The notes under the pieces are model-generated. The model was not told the DNA's origin. It was given only the letters and a program-made list of their open reading frames with translations, and searched no databases. From Candidatus Limnocylindria bacterium (GTDB lineage: Bacteria; Chloroflexota; Limnocylindria; Limnocylindrales; CSP1-4), in the NCBI GenBank assembly GCA_035637675.1, contig DASPWU010000186.1, positions 3,840 through 67,839 of the forward strand: DNA of 64,000 nt, read 5' to 3'. Shown here one piece after another: positions 55,220 to 64,000 of this stretch. Positions within the stretch are counted from its first letter, which is position 1. Each line of letters begins with the position of its first letter. A program made the translations under genes and the position numbers.

Positions 55220-56635
55220 ATGTCCCTTCTCAAGCGGATCGAGAGCGCACGACCGGGATCCGGCCCGGCGTCCCCGGGCGTCCCGGTGGCCGTTGGCGGA
55301 CCGGGCCAGGCGCCGCCGCCGGCCGGCACGCCGCCGTCGGCCCAGGCCGCCCGGCTCATGACCACGGGACCCGTCCGCGAGTCCTTCCGGGACGTCAAGT
55401 TCCGCATCCAGAACCGAGTGATCCAGGACCTAGACCCCAAGCTGGACCTGTCCAACCAGGTCGAGGTACGCCGCCAGATCGAGGAGATCTTCGGCAAGGT
55501 CATCGACGAGGAAGGGCTTGCCCTGACCCGCGCCGAGCGGGTCCGGATGCTCGAGCAGATCACGGACGAGATCATCGGCCTGGGTCCGCTGGAGCCGCTC
55601 CTCCGCGACGAGAGCATCACCGAAGTGATGGTCAACGGGCCGCGCCAGGTCTACATCGAGCGGTCGGGCAAGCTCGAGCTGACCAACGTCGTCTTCCAGA
55701 ACGACGACCACGTCATGCGGATCATCGATCGGATCATCGCTCCGATCGGCCGCCGCGTGGACGAGTCCAGCCCGATGGTCGACGCGCGCCTGACCGATGG
55801 CTCGCGCGTCAATGCGATCATTCCGCCGCTGTCGCTGGTTGGCCCGGTCATCACGATCCGGAAGTTCTCGGCCAGCCCGTTCACGGTGGACGATCTCATC
55901 CGCTTCGGGACGGCCACCCCGGAGATGTTCGACTTCCTCAAGGCCTGCGTGGAGGCCCGCCTGAACATCTTCGTGTCAGGCGGCACCGGCTCCGGCAAGA
56001 CCACGACGTTGAACGTCCTGTCGTCGTTCATCCCCAACGACGAGCGGATCGTCACGATCGAGGATGCCGCCGAGCTGCAGCTCCGCCAGGAGCACGTGGT
56101 GACCCTTGAGTCGCGCCCGCCGAACATCGAGGGCAAGGGTGCGATCCCGATCCGCGAGCTCGTCCGGAACTCCCTCCGCATGCGCCCTGACCGGATCATC
56201 GTCGGGGAGTGCCGGTCGGGCGAAGCGCTCGACATGCTCCAGGCCATGAACACCGGCCATGACGGCTCGATGTCTACCGGCCACGCCAACAGCCCGCGCG
56301 ACATGCTCTCGCGCCTCGAGACCATGGTCCTCATGGCCGGCGTGGACCTGCCCGTCCGGGCAATCCGCGAGCAGGTCGCCTCGGCGGTGGATCTCATCGT
56401 CCACCAGGCGCGCCTCAAGGACGGGACCCGGCGGATCACCAACATCACCGAGGTCCAGGGCATGGAGGGCGACGTCATCGTCATGCAGGACGTCTTCGTC
56501 TTCGAGCAGACGGGCGTCGTGGAAGGCAAGATCCAGGGGCGCCTCAAGCCAACCGGCATCCGCCCGAAGTTCGTCGAGAAGTTCGAGGTGATGGGGATCC
56601 ATCTGCCGCCGGGCCTCTTCGGCTTCAGCTTCTGA
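55220..56635 (+). CDS. cpaF: CpaF/TadA secretion ATPase (type II/IV secretion NTPase)
   Basis: Walker A GGTGSGKTTTLN, Asp box, Walker B IIVGECRSGEALDMLQAMNTGHDGS, His box. Confidence 0.9.
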   Translation: MSLLKRIESARPGSGPASPGVPVAVGGPGQAPPPAGTPPSAQAARLMTTGPVRESFRDVKFRIQNRVIQDLDPKLDLSNQVEVRRQIEEIFGKVIDEEGLALTRAERVRMLEQITDEIIGLGPLEPLLRDESITEVMVNGPRQVYIERSGKLELTNVVFQNDDHVMRIIDRIIAPIGRRVDESSPMVDARLTDGSRVNAIIPPLSLVGPVITIRKFSASPFTVDDLIRFGTATPEMFDFLKACVEARLNIFVSGGTGSGKTTTLNVLSSFIPNDERIVTIEDAAELQLRQEHVVTLESRPPNIEGKGAIPIRELVRNSLRMRPDRIIVGECRSGEALDMLQAMNTGHDGSMSTGHANSPRDMLSRLETMVLMAGVDLPVRAIREQVASAVDLIVHQARLKDGTRRITNITEVQGMEGDVIVMQDVFVFEQTGVVEGKIQGRLKPTGIRPKFVEKFEVMGIHLPPGLFGFSF

Positions 56636-56654
56636 GCCGCAGGAGATCGTTCCA

Positions 56655-57668
56655 ATGCCCAGCTTGACGCTCCTCGTCGCCGCAGCGGCCGCCGGCGCCA
56701 TCATTCTCATCGCCCTGGGGGTGGCGACCTCCGGCAGCGGTTCGGGGATCAGCACCCGCCTGGAGCGCTACGCATCCGGCAAGGAGGAAGGGCCCAAGGT
56801 CGGCACCGGCCAGGGTGGGCTCGCCGATCTCCTCGCCCAGAGCGCCGCGCTCGCCAACCTCAACAAGGTCGTCGAGCAGCGCGACTTCGGCGCGAATCTG
56901 TCCCGCGAGCTGGCCCGGGCGGACCTCCGCCTGAAGGTCAGCGAGTACCTCGGGATCTGGGCTGGCGTCACCGTCGGCGTGCCGATCCTCATGCTCGTCC
57001 TGTCGATCTTCATCCCGACCCTGGGCAATCCGATCTTCGTGCTGGTTGGTGCCCTGATCGGCTTCATGATTCCGCGGATCTGGCTCAGCCGCCGGAAGAG
57101 CGGCCGGCTCAATGCGTTCAACAAGCAGCTCCCGGACACGATCATGCTCATCGCCAACGCGCTCCGAGCCGGGTCGTCGTTCCTGCAGGCCATCGAGCTG
57201 GTCGTCCGCGAGTCGCGGCCGCCCATCTCGACGGAGTTCGCGCGGGTCATTCGGGAGGTCAACCTGGGCCTGCCGTTCGAGCAGGCACTCGAGAACATGG
57301 TCCGGCGCGTTCGCTCCGACGACCTCGAGCTGATGGCCACCGCCATCGCCATCCAGCACACCGTCGGCGGCAACCTCGCCGAGATCCTCGACTCGATCGC
57401 GTTCACGATCCGCGAGCGAATCCGGATCAAAGGTGAGATCCGGACACTGACCGCGCAGCAGCGGCTGTCCGGCTACGTCGTCGGCTTCCTGCCGATCGCC
57501 CTGGCCGGGTTCCTGTTCGTCGCCGCGCCCGGCTTCATGGATCCGATGTTCAAGAACCCCCCGGACATCCTGGGCCTGCCAGCCGGCGTGGTGATTCTCA
57601 TGTTCGGTGGGCTGATGATGTTCATCGGCTTCATGATCATTCGTCGCATCGTCGACATCGAGGTCTGA
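56655..57668 (+). CDS. tadB: Flp pilus assembly inner-membrane protein TadB (T2SS-F domain)
   Basis: T2SSF-type domain (LPDTIMLIANALRAGSSFLQAIE...) with flanking TM helices. Confidence 0.8.
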   Translation: MPSLTLLVAAAAAGAIILIALGVATSGSGSGISTRLERYASGKEEGPKVGTGQGGLADLLAQSAALANLNKVVEQRDFGANLSRELARADLRLKVSEYLGIWAGVTVGVPILMLVLSIFIPTLGNPIFVLVGALIGFMIPRIWLSRRKSGRLNAFNKQLPDTIMLIANALRAGSSFLQAIELVVRESRPPISTEFARVIREVNLGLPFEQALENMVRRVRSDDLELMATAIAIQHTVGGNLAEILDSIAFTIRERIRIKGEIRTLTAQQRLSGYVVGFLPIALAGFLFVAAPGFMDPMFKNPPDILGLPAGVVILMFGGLMMFIGFMIIRRIVDIEV

Positions 57669-57673
57669 CCACG

Positions 57674-58615
57674 ATGCCTGTTGCAGCACTCATCGTCGCC
57701 GGGGCAGCCGCCTTCGCGATCCTCCTCATCGTCGTCGGTCTGGCCGGCAGCTCGCCGGTCGACCCCGTCCAGGCCCGCCTGACACAGCTCGGGTCGATGC
57801 AGGCCAGGAACCTCGAGGAACTGGAACTCCAGCAGCCGTTCATCGAGCGCACCCTGCGCCCCCTGGCCAGCCGGCTGTCGGGCACCGTGGCCCGGATCAC
57901 CAGCGCGTCGTTCGCCGATCGGACCCAGAAGCGCCTCGCATTGGCGGGCAACCCCGGCGACCTGCGCGTCGCCGACTGGCTGGGCATCAAGGCCATCGCG
58001 GCCTTCATCTTCTCCGCGCTGTTCTTCGTCCTCGCGGCGTTCGTCTTCGGAGCCGGCGTGACGGGCGGCGTGCTGATGGGCGCGATCGGCCTCGTCTTCG
58101 GCTACATCGCTCCCGAGTTCTGGCTCGGCGGACGCGTCCGCAAGCGCCAGAAGGCCATCCTGATGATGGTCCCCGACTCGCTCGACCTGCTGACGATCTC
58201 GGTCCGGGCCGGCCTCGGCTTCGATGCCGCGCTGGGCAAGGTGGTCGAGAAGCTCAAGGGCCCGCTCACGGACGAATTCCGGCGGGCGCTGGCCGAGGTT
58301 CGCGTTGGCAAGGCTCGCCGCGATGCCCTGCGGGACATCGTGCCGCGAACCGAAGTGCCGGCCCTGACCAACTTCATCGGCGCGATCATCCAGGCAGAGC
58401 AGCTCGGCGTCTCGATCAGCAAGGTGCTCCAGGTCCAGTCCGAGCAGCTCAGGATCGAGCGCCGGCAGCGGGCCGAGGAGATGGCCGCAAAGGCGCCGAT
58501 CAAGATGCTCTTCCCGCTCGTGGGCTGCATCTTCCCGTCGCTGTTCATCATCATCCTGGGCCCCGCCATCATCCTCATCGCCCTCAACCTGGGTGGCGCC
58601 AGCGGCGCCAAGTAG
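57674..58615 (+). CDS. tadC: Flp pilus assembly inner-membrane protein TadC (T2SS-F domain)
   Basis: MVPDSLDLLTISVRAGLGFDAALGKV... T2SSF domain with TM helices. Confidence 0.8.
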   Translation: MPVAALIVAGAAAFAILLIVVGLAGSSPVDPVQARLTQLGSMQARNLEELELQQPFIERTLRPLASRLSGTVARITSASFADRTQKRLALAGNPGDLRVADWLGIKAIAAFIFSALFFVLAAFVFGAGVTGGVLMGAIGLVFGYIAPEFWLGGRVRKRQKAILMMVPDSLDLLTISVRAGLGFDAALGKVVEKLKGPLTDEFRRALAEVRVGKARRDALRDIVPRTEVPALTNFIGAIIQAEQLGVSISKVLQVQSEQLRIERRQRAEEMAAKAPIKMLFPLVGCIFPSLFIIILGPAIILIALNLGGASGAK

Positions 58616-58628
58616 CGTCCTGGCCTCG

Positions 58629-59012
58629 ATGGGGGACGGCGGGCCGGCTCAAAACCTCACTCGGGGGGCACGGCTGGCGGACCGGCTGGAGGTCGCCGCC
58701 GGCCTGTGGGACAAGTTCCGCGGGCTCATGGGCCGGCCGGACCTGCCATCGGGACACGGGCTGTGGCTGCCGGACAGCAACGGCATCCACATGATGTTCA
58801 TGCGATTCCCGATCGATGCCGTGTTCGTCGGTCGCCCTGGCTCCGACGGCTCGCGACCGGTGGTCGCCCTGCGACGGGCCCTTCGACCGTGGACCGGCGT
58901 CGTCTGGTACGTACGGGACGCTCACGGCGTGGTGGAGCTGCCGGCCGGCGCGATCGACTCGTCCGGCACGCAGGTCGGCGACCTCATCGCACTGGGAGCC
59001 GAAGCCGGCTGA
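58629..59012 (+). CDS. DUF192 (COG1430) family protein
   Basis: GLWLPDSNGIHMMFMRFPIDAVFV is the DUF192 core. Start chosen at MGDGG after the tadC stop; the table ORF starts at 58593. Confidence 0.6.
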   Translation: MGDGGPAQNLTRGARLADRLEVAAGLWDKFRGLMGRPDLPSGHGLWLPDSNGIHMMFMRFPIDAVFVGRPGSDGSRPVVALRRALRPWTGVVWYVRDAHGVVELPAGAIDSSGTQVGDLIALGAEAG

Positions 59013-59093
59013 CGCCGGGACTGACGTCGTGGCCTGACGCCGGGGGCCTGACGCCCGGGCCCGGCCGCTGGGCCGCCGAGCGGCAATTGCTGG

Positions 59094-59834
59094 GTGAGGG
59101 CCATCCGGCAGGCTATGGACATGACCACGCACGACGCCGCCCGGCCGCGCCTGGGACCGGCGCGATGGCGTCGGGCCGGTGCCTGGCTCCTCGACCTGGC
59201 CCTGCCCGCGACGTGCGTCGGCTGCGGCCGGGAGGAGGAGCCGATCTGTCGGGCCTGCCGGCCGGCCCTCGCGGTGCGGGACGGGGTGCCGGCCGGAGCA
59301 CCCATCGGACTGCCCTCCGACGTGCCGGAGCCGCTGCTGCAGCTCGAGTGGTGCGCCCCGTTCGGCGGGCTGGTGCGCCGCGCGCTGCACGACCTCAAGT
59401 ACGCGGGTGAGCGCCGGCTGACGGAGCCGCTCGGCGCCGCGATCGCCGATCGCTGGCGGCGGACCGGCGCCGGCGGCGATCTCATCGTCCACGTGCCGGT
59501 TCACGCCGACCGTGCCCGCGAGCGCGGCTACGACCAGGCGGAGACCCTCGCCCGCGTCGTGGGCCGGGAGCTGGGGTTGCCGCACGTCGCCGCCCTCGAG
59601 CGCGGCCGGGCCACGGTTGCCCAGTTCCAGCTCGGACGCGATCGACGCGCGGCGAACGTCGCCGGGGCGTTCAGGCCCGCCGGTCCGGCAGCGGCGTCTG
59701 CCGTGGCCGGCCGATGGATCATCCTCGTCGACGACGTCGTGACGACCGGGGCTACGCTGGCGGCATGTGCAGAGGTCCTCCTGGACTCGGGCGCGATCGG
59801 CGTGTCGGCGGTCACGGTCGCTCGCGAGCGCTGA
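59094..59834 (+). CDS. comF: ComF/GntX-family phosphoribosyltransferase-like protein
   Basis: N-terminal zinc finger CVGCGREEEPICRAC and a C-terminal PRTase fold IILVDDVVTTGATL. Start may be the internal ATG at about 59119. Confidence 0.75.
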   Translation: MRAIRQAMDMTTHDAARPRLGPARWRRAGAWLLDLALPATCVGCGREEEPICRACRPALAVRDGVPAGAPIGLPSDVPEPLLQLEWCAPFGGLVRRALHDLKYAGERRLTEPLGAAIADRWRRTGAGGDLIVHVPVHADRARERGYDQAETLARVVGRELGLPHVAALERGRATVAQFQLGRDRRAANVAGAFRPAGPAAASAVAGRWIILVDDVVTTGATLAACAEVLLDSGAIGVSAVTVARER

Positions 59835-60018
59835 GTCGGCAGGCACCGTCACATCCGCTCCCCCCGCACGGTCCGTCGGACCCCTCGTCGACGCTCCCGG
59901 GAGATGGCCGAGGATATACTCGGGCCAGGACAACTCGACGTCGGCGGTCGCTCGAGAACTGCCGCGCAGCGGTTCATGCCAACGATGCGACCGAGCTGCG
60001 CTCGACGGAGGTACCTCC

Positions 60019-60663
60019 ATGAGGACGATCGTCAAGGGCAAGAACCTCGAGGTCCCCGACCGGGTCCGCCGCTATGCCGAGCGCAAGCTGACGCGCATCG
60101 AGCGTCTCCTCGACGATCGGACCGATGCGATCGTGGAGCTGTCAGTCGAGCAGCACCGCAGCGCAGCCGATTCCCACCTCGTCGACGTCACCCTCGTCAT
60201 CGACGGGGCGACCCTCCGCGGCCATGCGGCCGGGGCAAGCTTCCAGGCCGGCCTGGATGAGGTCATGGACAAGGTGGAGCGGCGCGCCGTCGACCACAAG
60301 GAGAAGCCCCGCGTCCGGGCCCGCCCGATCGAGGAAAAGCAGCTCCTTCGGCGGATCGCGGACGGCACCGCAGAGCCGCTGCGCGAGCGCCGGATCGTGA
60401 AGACGAAGCGCTTCGCGATCGAGCCCATGTTCGAGGAGGACGCCGTCTCCGAGATGGAGGAGCTGGGCCACAGCTTCTTCATCTTCGTGAACGCCGAGAC
60501 CGAGCGCCTGGCGGTTCTCTATCGTCGCAACGATGGCGACTACGGCATCATCGAGCCGAGCATCGGCGGCCAGTACACGAGCGGCCGAACGGCGGCCGAC
60601 GGCCGGGCCATCCGGAGCACGAGAGTCCGGCGGTCGGGTGGGCGGCGGGCCGACGCCGGCTGA
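60019..60663 (+). CDS. hpf: Ribosome hibernation-promoting factor, long form (HPF/RaiA)
   Basis: MRTIVKGKNLEVPDRVRRYAERKL...VDVTL...RGHAAGASFQAGLDEVMDKVERRAV, with the C-terminal dimerisation domain FFIFVNAETERLAVLYRRNDGDYGIIEP. GGAGG RBS. A TATACT -10-like element lies about 100 nt upstream. Confidence 0.9.
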   Translation: MRTIVKGKNLEVPDRVRRYAERKLTRIERLLDDRTDAIVELSVEQHRSAADSHLVDVTLVIDGATLRGHAAGASFQAGLDEVMDKVERRAVDHKEKPRVRARPIEEKQLLRRIADGTAEPLRERRIVKTKRFAIEPMFEEDAVSEMEELGHSFFIFVNAETERLAVLYRRNDGDYGIIEPSIGGQYTSGRTAADGRAIRSTRVRRSGGRRADAG

Positions 60664-60669
60664 CCGGGC

Positions 60670-61236
60670 TCAGGCGCGCCGATACTGCCCGGACTCGCGA
60701 GTCATGAGCCCGGCGTCCACCAGGTACCGGCGCAGGGCGGCCACATCCGGGTGGAACAGCGCGAGCCGCTGGTTGACCTCCTTCTCCGGATAGGGCCGGT
60801 CCTCCGTGAAGGCGCGGTCACGGAGATAGGCGAGGACGACCAGCCGCTTCTTCTCCTGGGCCGGGATGGAGACCAGCCGGTCGTCGACGATGAACGCGCG
60901 GAGGACCTTCGCCTCGAATGCCGGCAGCGGCGCGCCGTCGGGCCCGGGCAGCGTCGCCCGATCTTCCGTGCCGGTCTCCATGGCATGGAGCATGCGGCCT
61001 ACTGCGTTCAGGCGATCGCGCCGCAGCGAGTACTCGACATAGGGCCGTCTGGGGCGGGCCTCCACGAGGCCCGCGGCCCGCAGTCGCTTGAGGTGATGGA
61101 CGACCGTCCCCGGGGCGAGGCCCAGGTCGTCGGCCAGCTCCTCGACCGCGTACGGTCGACCGGCGAGCAGCCCGACGATTCGCAATCGGGACGCGTCCGA
61201 CAGGGCCTTGAGGGTGGAGAGGAGCTCCGGATCCAT
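60670..61236 (-). CDS. ArsR-family HTH regulator with C-terminal DUF2087 domain
   Basis: ALSDASRLRIVGLLAGRPYAVEELADDLGLAPGTVVHHLKRLRAAGLV (ArsR HTH), then a DUF2087-like domain. The table ORF extends to 62040 as antisense readthrough. Confidence 0.75.
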   Translation of the reverse strand: MDPELLSTLKALSDASRLRIVGLLAGRPYAVEELADDLGLAPGTVVHHLKRLRAAGLVEARPRRPYVEYSLRRDRLNAVGRMLHAMETGTEDRATLPGPDGAPLPAFEAKVLRAFIVDDRLVSIPAQEKKRLVVLAYLRDRAFTEDRPYPEKEVNQRLALFHPDVAALRRYLVDAGLMTRESGQYRRA

Positions 61237-61295
61237 GGTCGCTCCAGTGTCGGGTAATGATTTGATGCCTGTCAAATGACCCGCTCGTGGGGTAC

Positions 61296-62292
61296 GATGC
61301 GGCCGATGCCCCGCTCCCTGCCCGACGGCCGTCGCCTGGGTGCCCACCTGCCGGTGGCGGGCGGTGCGGTCGCCGCCGCTGAGCGCGCCCACGCGATCGG
61401 CGCGAGAACGCTCCAGGTCTTCGCAGACAATCCAACGGCCTGGCGGCGCCGAGCCGAGCCGCCGAACGATCTCGTGGCCTTCCGCGAGCGGCTCGCCGCG
61501 CTGGACGTGGGTCCGGTCGCGATCCACGCCTCGTATCTCATCAACCTGGCGGGGCCGGACGACGAGTTCAGGAAACGGTCCGTCCAGGTCCTCGCCAGCG
61601 AGCTCCGGGCGGCGCCGGGCTTCGGCGCCCGATTCGTCAACGTCCACATCGGGTCGCACCGGCTGACGGGTCTGGACGGCGGGATCGCGCGCGTCGGCGA
61701 GGGCGTCGCTCGCGTCCTTGCCGAGGTGGACGCCGGTTCGGAAGCCGCGGTCCTCGCGCTCGAGAACTCGGCCGGTGGCGGCGGTGGTATCGGCGTGTCG
61801 CTCGACGAGCTGGAGGCGGTCGTGGAATCGATCGCCAGCCACGGCGGCGATGTCGCTCGGGTCGCCCTGTGCCTGGACACGGCCCATCTGTGGGCGGGCG
61901 GCGTGGCCATCGGAGACGATGAATCGGTCGACGCCCTGGTGGACGAGCTCGACACGCGGGTTGGCATCGAGCGCGTGGCCATGATCCATCTCAACGACTC
62001 GAAGTCGGCGTTGGGGTCCCGGCTTGATCGCCACCAGCACCTGGGCGCGGGGGAGATCGGGGTGCCCGGACTTCGGCGCCTGCTCTCACACCCGCGGCTG
62101 GCCGGGGTTGCGTACTACCTGGAGACCCCGGGCATGGACGAGGGGTATGACGCGGTCAACGTCGCCCGGGCGTATGCGATCGCGGCCGGCGAACCGCTCG
62201 AGGAACTGCCGCCCGAAGCCAGGACCATGCGGGGCGGCCGAGCCCGCGGCGGGCCGCGAGCGTCACCCGACTCGCCACAGTCGCCGGGCTGA
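61296..62292 (+). CDS. nfo: Endonuclease IV (AP endonuclease, Nfo)
   Basis: TIM-barrel AP endonuclease family-2 motifs: LGAHLPVAGG, IHASYLINLA, LALENSAGGGG, DTAHLWAGG and HLNDSK. Divergent from the ArsR gene. Confidence 0.85.
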
Positions 62293-62294
62293 GG

Positions 62295-63881
62295 ATGGGC
62301 CTTGGCACCCTGATCCATCGCTGGGCGTGGCCGGCGGGCTTCCTCATGATCGTCGCCCTCGCCGCCGGCCTGCGCTTCCACGATCTCGCGACGAGAGGCA
62401 CGTGGGACGCCGACCAGGGTCACGACATGCTCGTCCTCCGGGCGTTCGTCGCCGATGGCGTTCCGCCGCTGCTGGGACCACCGACTTCGATCGGCGATTT
62501 CCATCACGGTGCCCTCTACTACTACCTTCTGGCGCCGGCCGCCCTGGTCGGCGGCGGCGACCCGACCGTGGTGGTCGGCGAGATCGCGCTGCTCGGCGTC
62601 GTCGCGGTCGGTCTTGTGGCAGTCCTGGCCCGCCAGGTTGCCGGCGTGGCGGCGGGCCTCGCGGCCGGCCTGATCATGGCCGTCTCGGCGTCGGCCGTCG
62701 ACGAGTCGACGTTCCTGTGGAACCCCAACCTGGTCGCCTTCTCGAGCGCCCTCGCCGTGAGCGCGGCCTGGAGAGCGTGGTCCAGCGGGCGAGCCGGCTG
62801 GTGGCTCGTCGCGGCGGCCGGCCAGGCGATCACGATGCAATGCCATGTCCTGGGCTGGACCCTGCTGCTGCCGCTCGCGGCGTGGCTCCTGGTCGACGCA
62901 CGCCGGCGCGTCGGCCCTGAGCGGCAGCGCGTGATCGCGACCGGGATCGGCGGGCTGCTCCTCATCGCGGCGAGCTACCTGCCCCTGGTGGCCTCCGAGC
63001 TGCAGACCGGCTACCACGAGGCGCGCTCGGCGATGGCATTCCTGGCCGGGGGCGGGCAGGCCACCGCGCCGGAGCCGATCCTCCGCGTGGTGTTCGTCTC
63101 ACTGCGGATCGTCGCGTGGCCGCTGACCGGCCTGCTGACCGACGCCCTCGCGGCGGGTGTGGTCGCCGCCGTCGCGGCGGTGGTCCTGCTCGTGTGGCGG
63201 GCGCGGGTGGCGCCGCCGGCCGAGCGCGCGCTCGACCGCTGGATCGCCGCCACGATCTGCTGGAGCTGGCTCGTGCTGGGCCTGGGCGTGTCGAGTCTGG
63301 CCTCGGTCACGCCGCTGCCGGTCGACCACTATCATGCCTTCCTCGACCCACTCGTGATCCTGGCGGTCGGGTTCGGCGCAGCCGGGCTGTGGCAGCTGGC
63401 CGGCCGATCGTGGGCCACGAGCGGCGGATCGCGAGGGCCGGGGCTCGGGCTCGCGGGACCGGCCGCGGCCGTCACCCTGGTCGGCAGTCTGGTGGCATGG
63501 AACGCCATGCATCAGCCGCCATCGGTGGCGAGGGACGGCGGCTATCCCGCGGCCCTGGCAGCGGCCCAGCGCATCGCGGACACGGCCGGTTCCCGAGACG
63601 GGCTGATCGTGAGCCTGCCGGAATTCAAGGCGCCGGATGCGTATCTCTATCCCCTGACCCGGATCGGAGCGGCGATCGAGGGCCGGGTCCCGGATCCGCT
63701 CGGCCTCCAGGCGCTCGTGGTGGTCTGCGACGACCTGTTCGTGGACGATTGCGGTGGACCAGCCGAGGACGCAGCTGCCGACGGCTCGTTCAGGACGGAC
63801 GGCCTGTTCTTCCGGCTCGCCGACCGCTTCAGCGCAGCCCCGGGCCGGACGATCTCGGTCTACCTCTCGGCGACGCCGTAG
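62295..63881 (+). CDS. GT39/PMT_2-like GT-C membrane glycosyltransferase
   Basis: Polytopic with a large C-terminal extracytoplasmic domain. Starts 3 nt after the nfo stop. Confidence 0.55.
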   Translation: MGLGTLIHRWAWPAGFLMIVALAAGLRFHDLATRGTWDADQGHDMLVLRAFVADGVPPLLGPPTSIGDFHHGALYYYLLAPAALVGGGDPTVVVGEIALLGVVAVGLVAVLARQVAGVAAGLAAGLIMAVSASAVDESTFLWNPNLVAFSSALAVSAAWRAWSSGRAGWWLVAAAGQAITMQCHVLGWTLLLPLAAWLLVDARRRVGPERQRVIATGIGGLLLIAASYLPLVASELQTGYHEARSAMAFLAGGGQATAPEPILRVVFVSLRIVAWPLTGLLTDALAAGVVAAVAAVVLLVWRARVAPPAERALDRWIAATICWSWLVLGLGVSSLASVTPLPVDHYHAFLDPLVILAVGFGAAGLWQLAGRSWATSGGSRGPGLGLAGPAAAVTLVGSLVAWNAMHQPPSVARDGGYPAALAAAQRIADTAGSRDGLIVSLPEFKAPDAYLYPLTRIGAAIEGRVPDPLGLQALVVVCDDLFVDDCGGPAEDAAADGSFRTDGLFFRLADRFSAAPGRTISVYLSATP

Positions 63882-64000
63882 CTCGAGTCATCGCCCGGAA
63901 TAACGAACGCCGGCCACGAAGGCCGGCGTTCGCTGTCCCCGAGACCCGGACGTGGAGGCGACCGGGCCGTGCCCTGATATGCGCTAGTAGCGACCCTGCG

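Noticed and set aside
56625-60041. Minus-strand ORFs 56625..57689 (354 aa) and 58584..60041 (485 aa)
   Set aside because: Antisense to tadB, tadC and comF. No domains; composition artefacts.
1-64000. Mobile elements, integrases, CRISPR arrays, toxin-antitoxin pairs
   Set aside because: No transposase or integrase-like translations, no long terminal inverted repeats and no regularly spaced direct repeats were found. The flp duplication is a tandem gene duplication, not an IS.

Overview
High-GC (about 70%) monoderm-type chromosomal segment, probably Actinobacteria or Chloroflexi, with no mobile elements, tRNAs or CRISPR found. Ordinary genes sit at both ends, a very large glycan-assembly locus fills the middle, and a two-component system plus a Tad/Flp pilus locus follow it.

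- **1 to 12.6 kb, housekeeping and regulation.** lexA is preceded by its own SOS box. A run of DnaA-box-like repeats lies upstream of dnaB. A tandem zinc-ribbon protein and a dodecin follow. There is a 1,151-aa STAND NTPase with a C-terminal SARP (wHTH + BTAD) domain. A 450-bp structured leader (perfect palindrome, terminator-like hairpin, 29-aa hydrophobic micro-ORF) precedes a membrane HD-GYP phosphodiesterase. That gene is co-transcribed with a DUF5317-like/MFS fusion protein. An acidic low-complexity TM protein and an LmbE/PIG-L deacetylase complete this part.
- **12.6 to 48.1 kb, glycosylation island.** About 30 genes encode at least 10 DUF2029/GT87-type GT-C membrane proteins, four GT39/ArnT-like GT-C proteins, a YfhO-family GT-C protein, a PIG-V-like mannosyltransferase, two GT2 polyprenol-phosphate sugar synthases, a GT4, a nucleotide-sugar dehydrogenase and epimerase, two SAM methyltransferases and a CelD-like acyltransferase. 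Two unusual polytopic-membrane proteins fused to a spermidine-synthase-like domain are embedded in it. Several unrelated paralog pairs and triplets occur, adjacent genes overlap by GTGA/TTGA start-stop junctions, and two plus-strand operon starts share a 19-nt upstream motif. I think this is a poorly described lipoglycan or protein O-glycosylation factory.
- **48.1 to 59.8 kb, two-component system and Tad/Flp pilus.** A cytoplasmic HisKA_3 kinase, a NarL-type response regulator and a second atypical kinase precede four tandem flp pilin genes. Each pilin gene has its own TAtAGT-like -10 and its own terminator hairpin, and two copies are near-identical (recent ~150-bp duplication). cpaB, cpaE (REC-fused), cpaF, tadB, tadC, a DUF192 protein and comF follow.
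- **59.8 to 64 kb.** Long-form hpf, an ArsR-DUF2087 regulator divergent from nfo (endonuclease IV), and another GT39-like GT-C protein.

Many long ORFs in the six-frame track are antisense or readthrough artefacts of the high GC content and are rejected.
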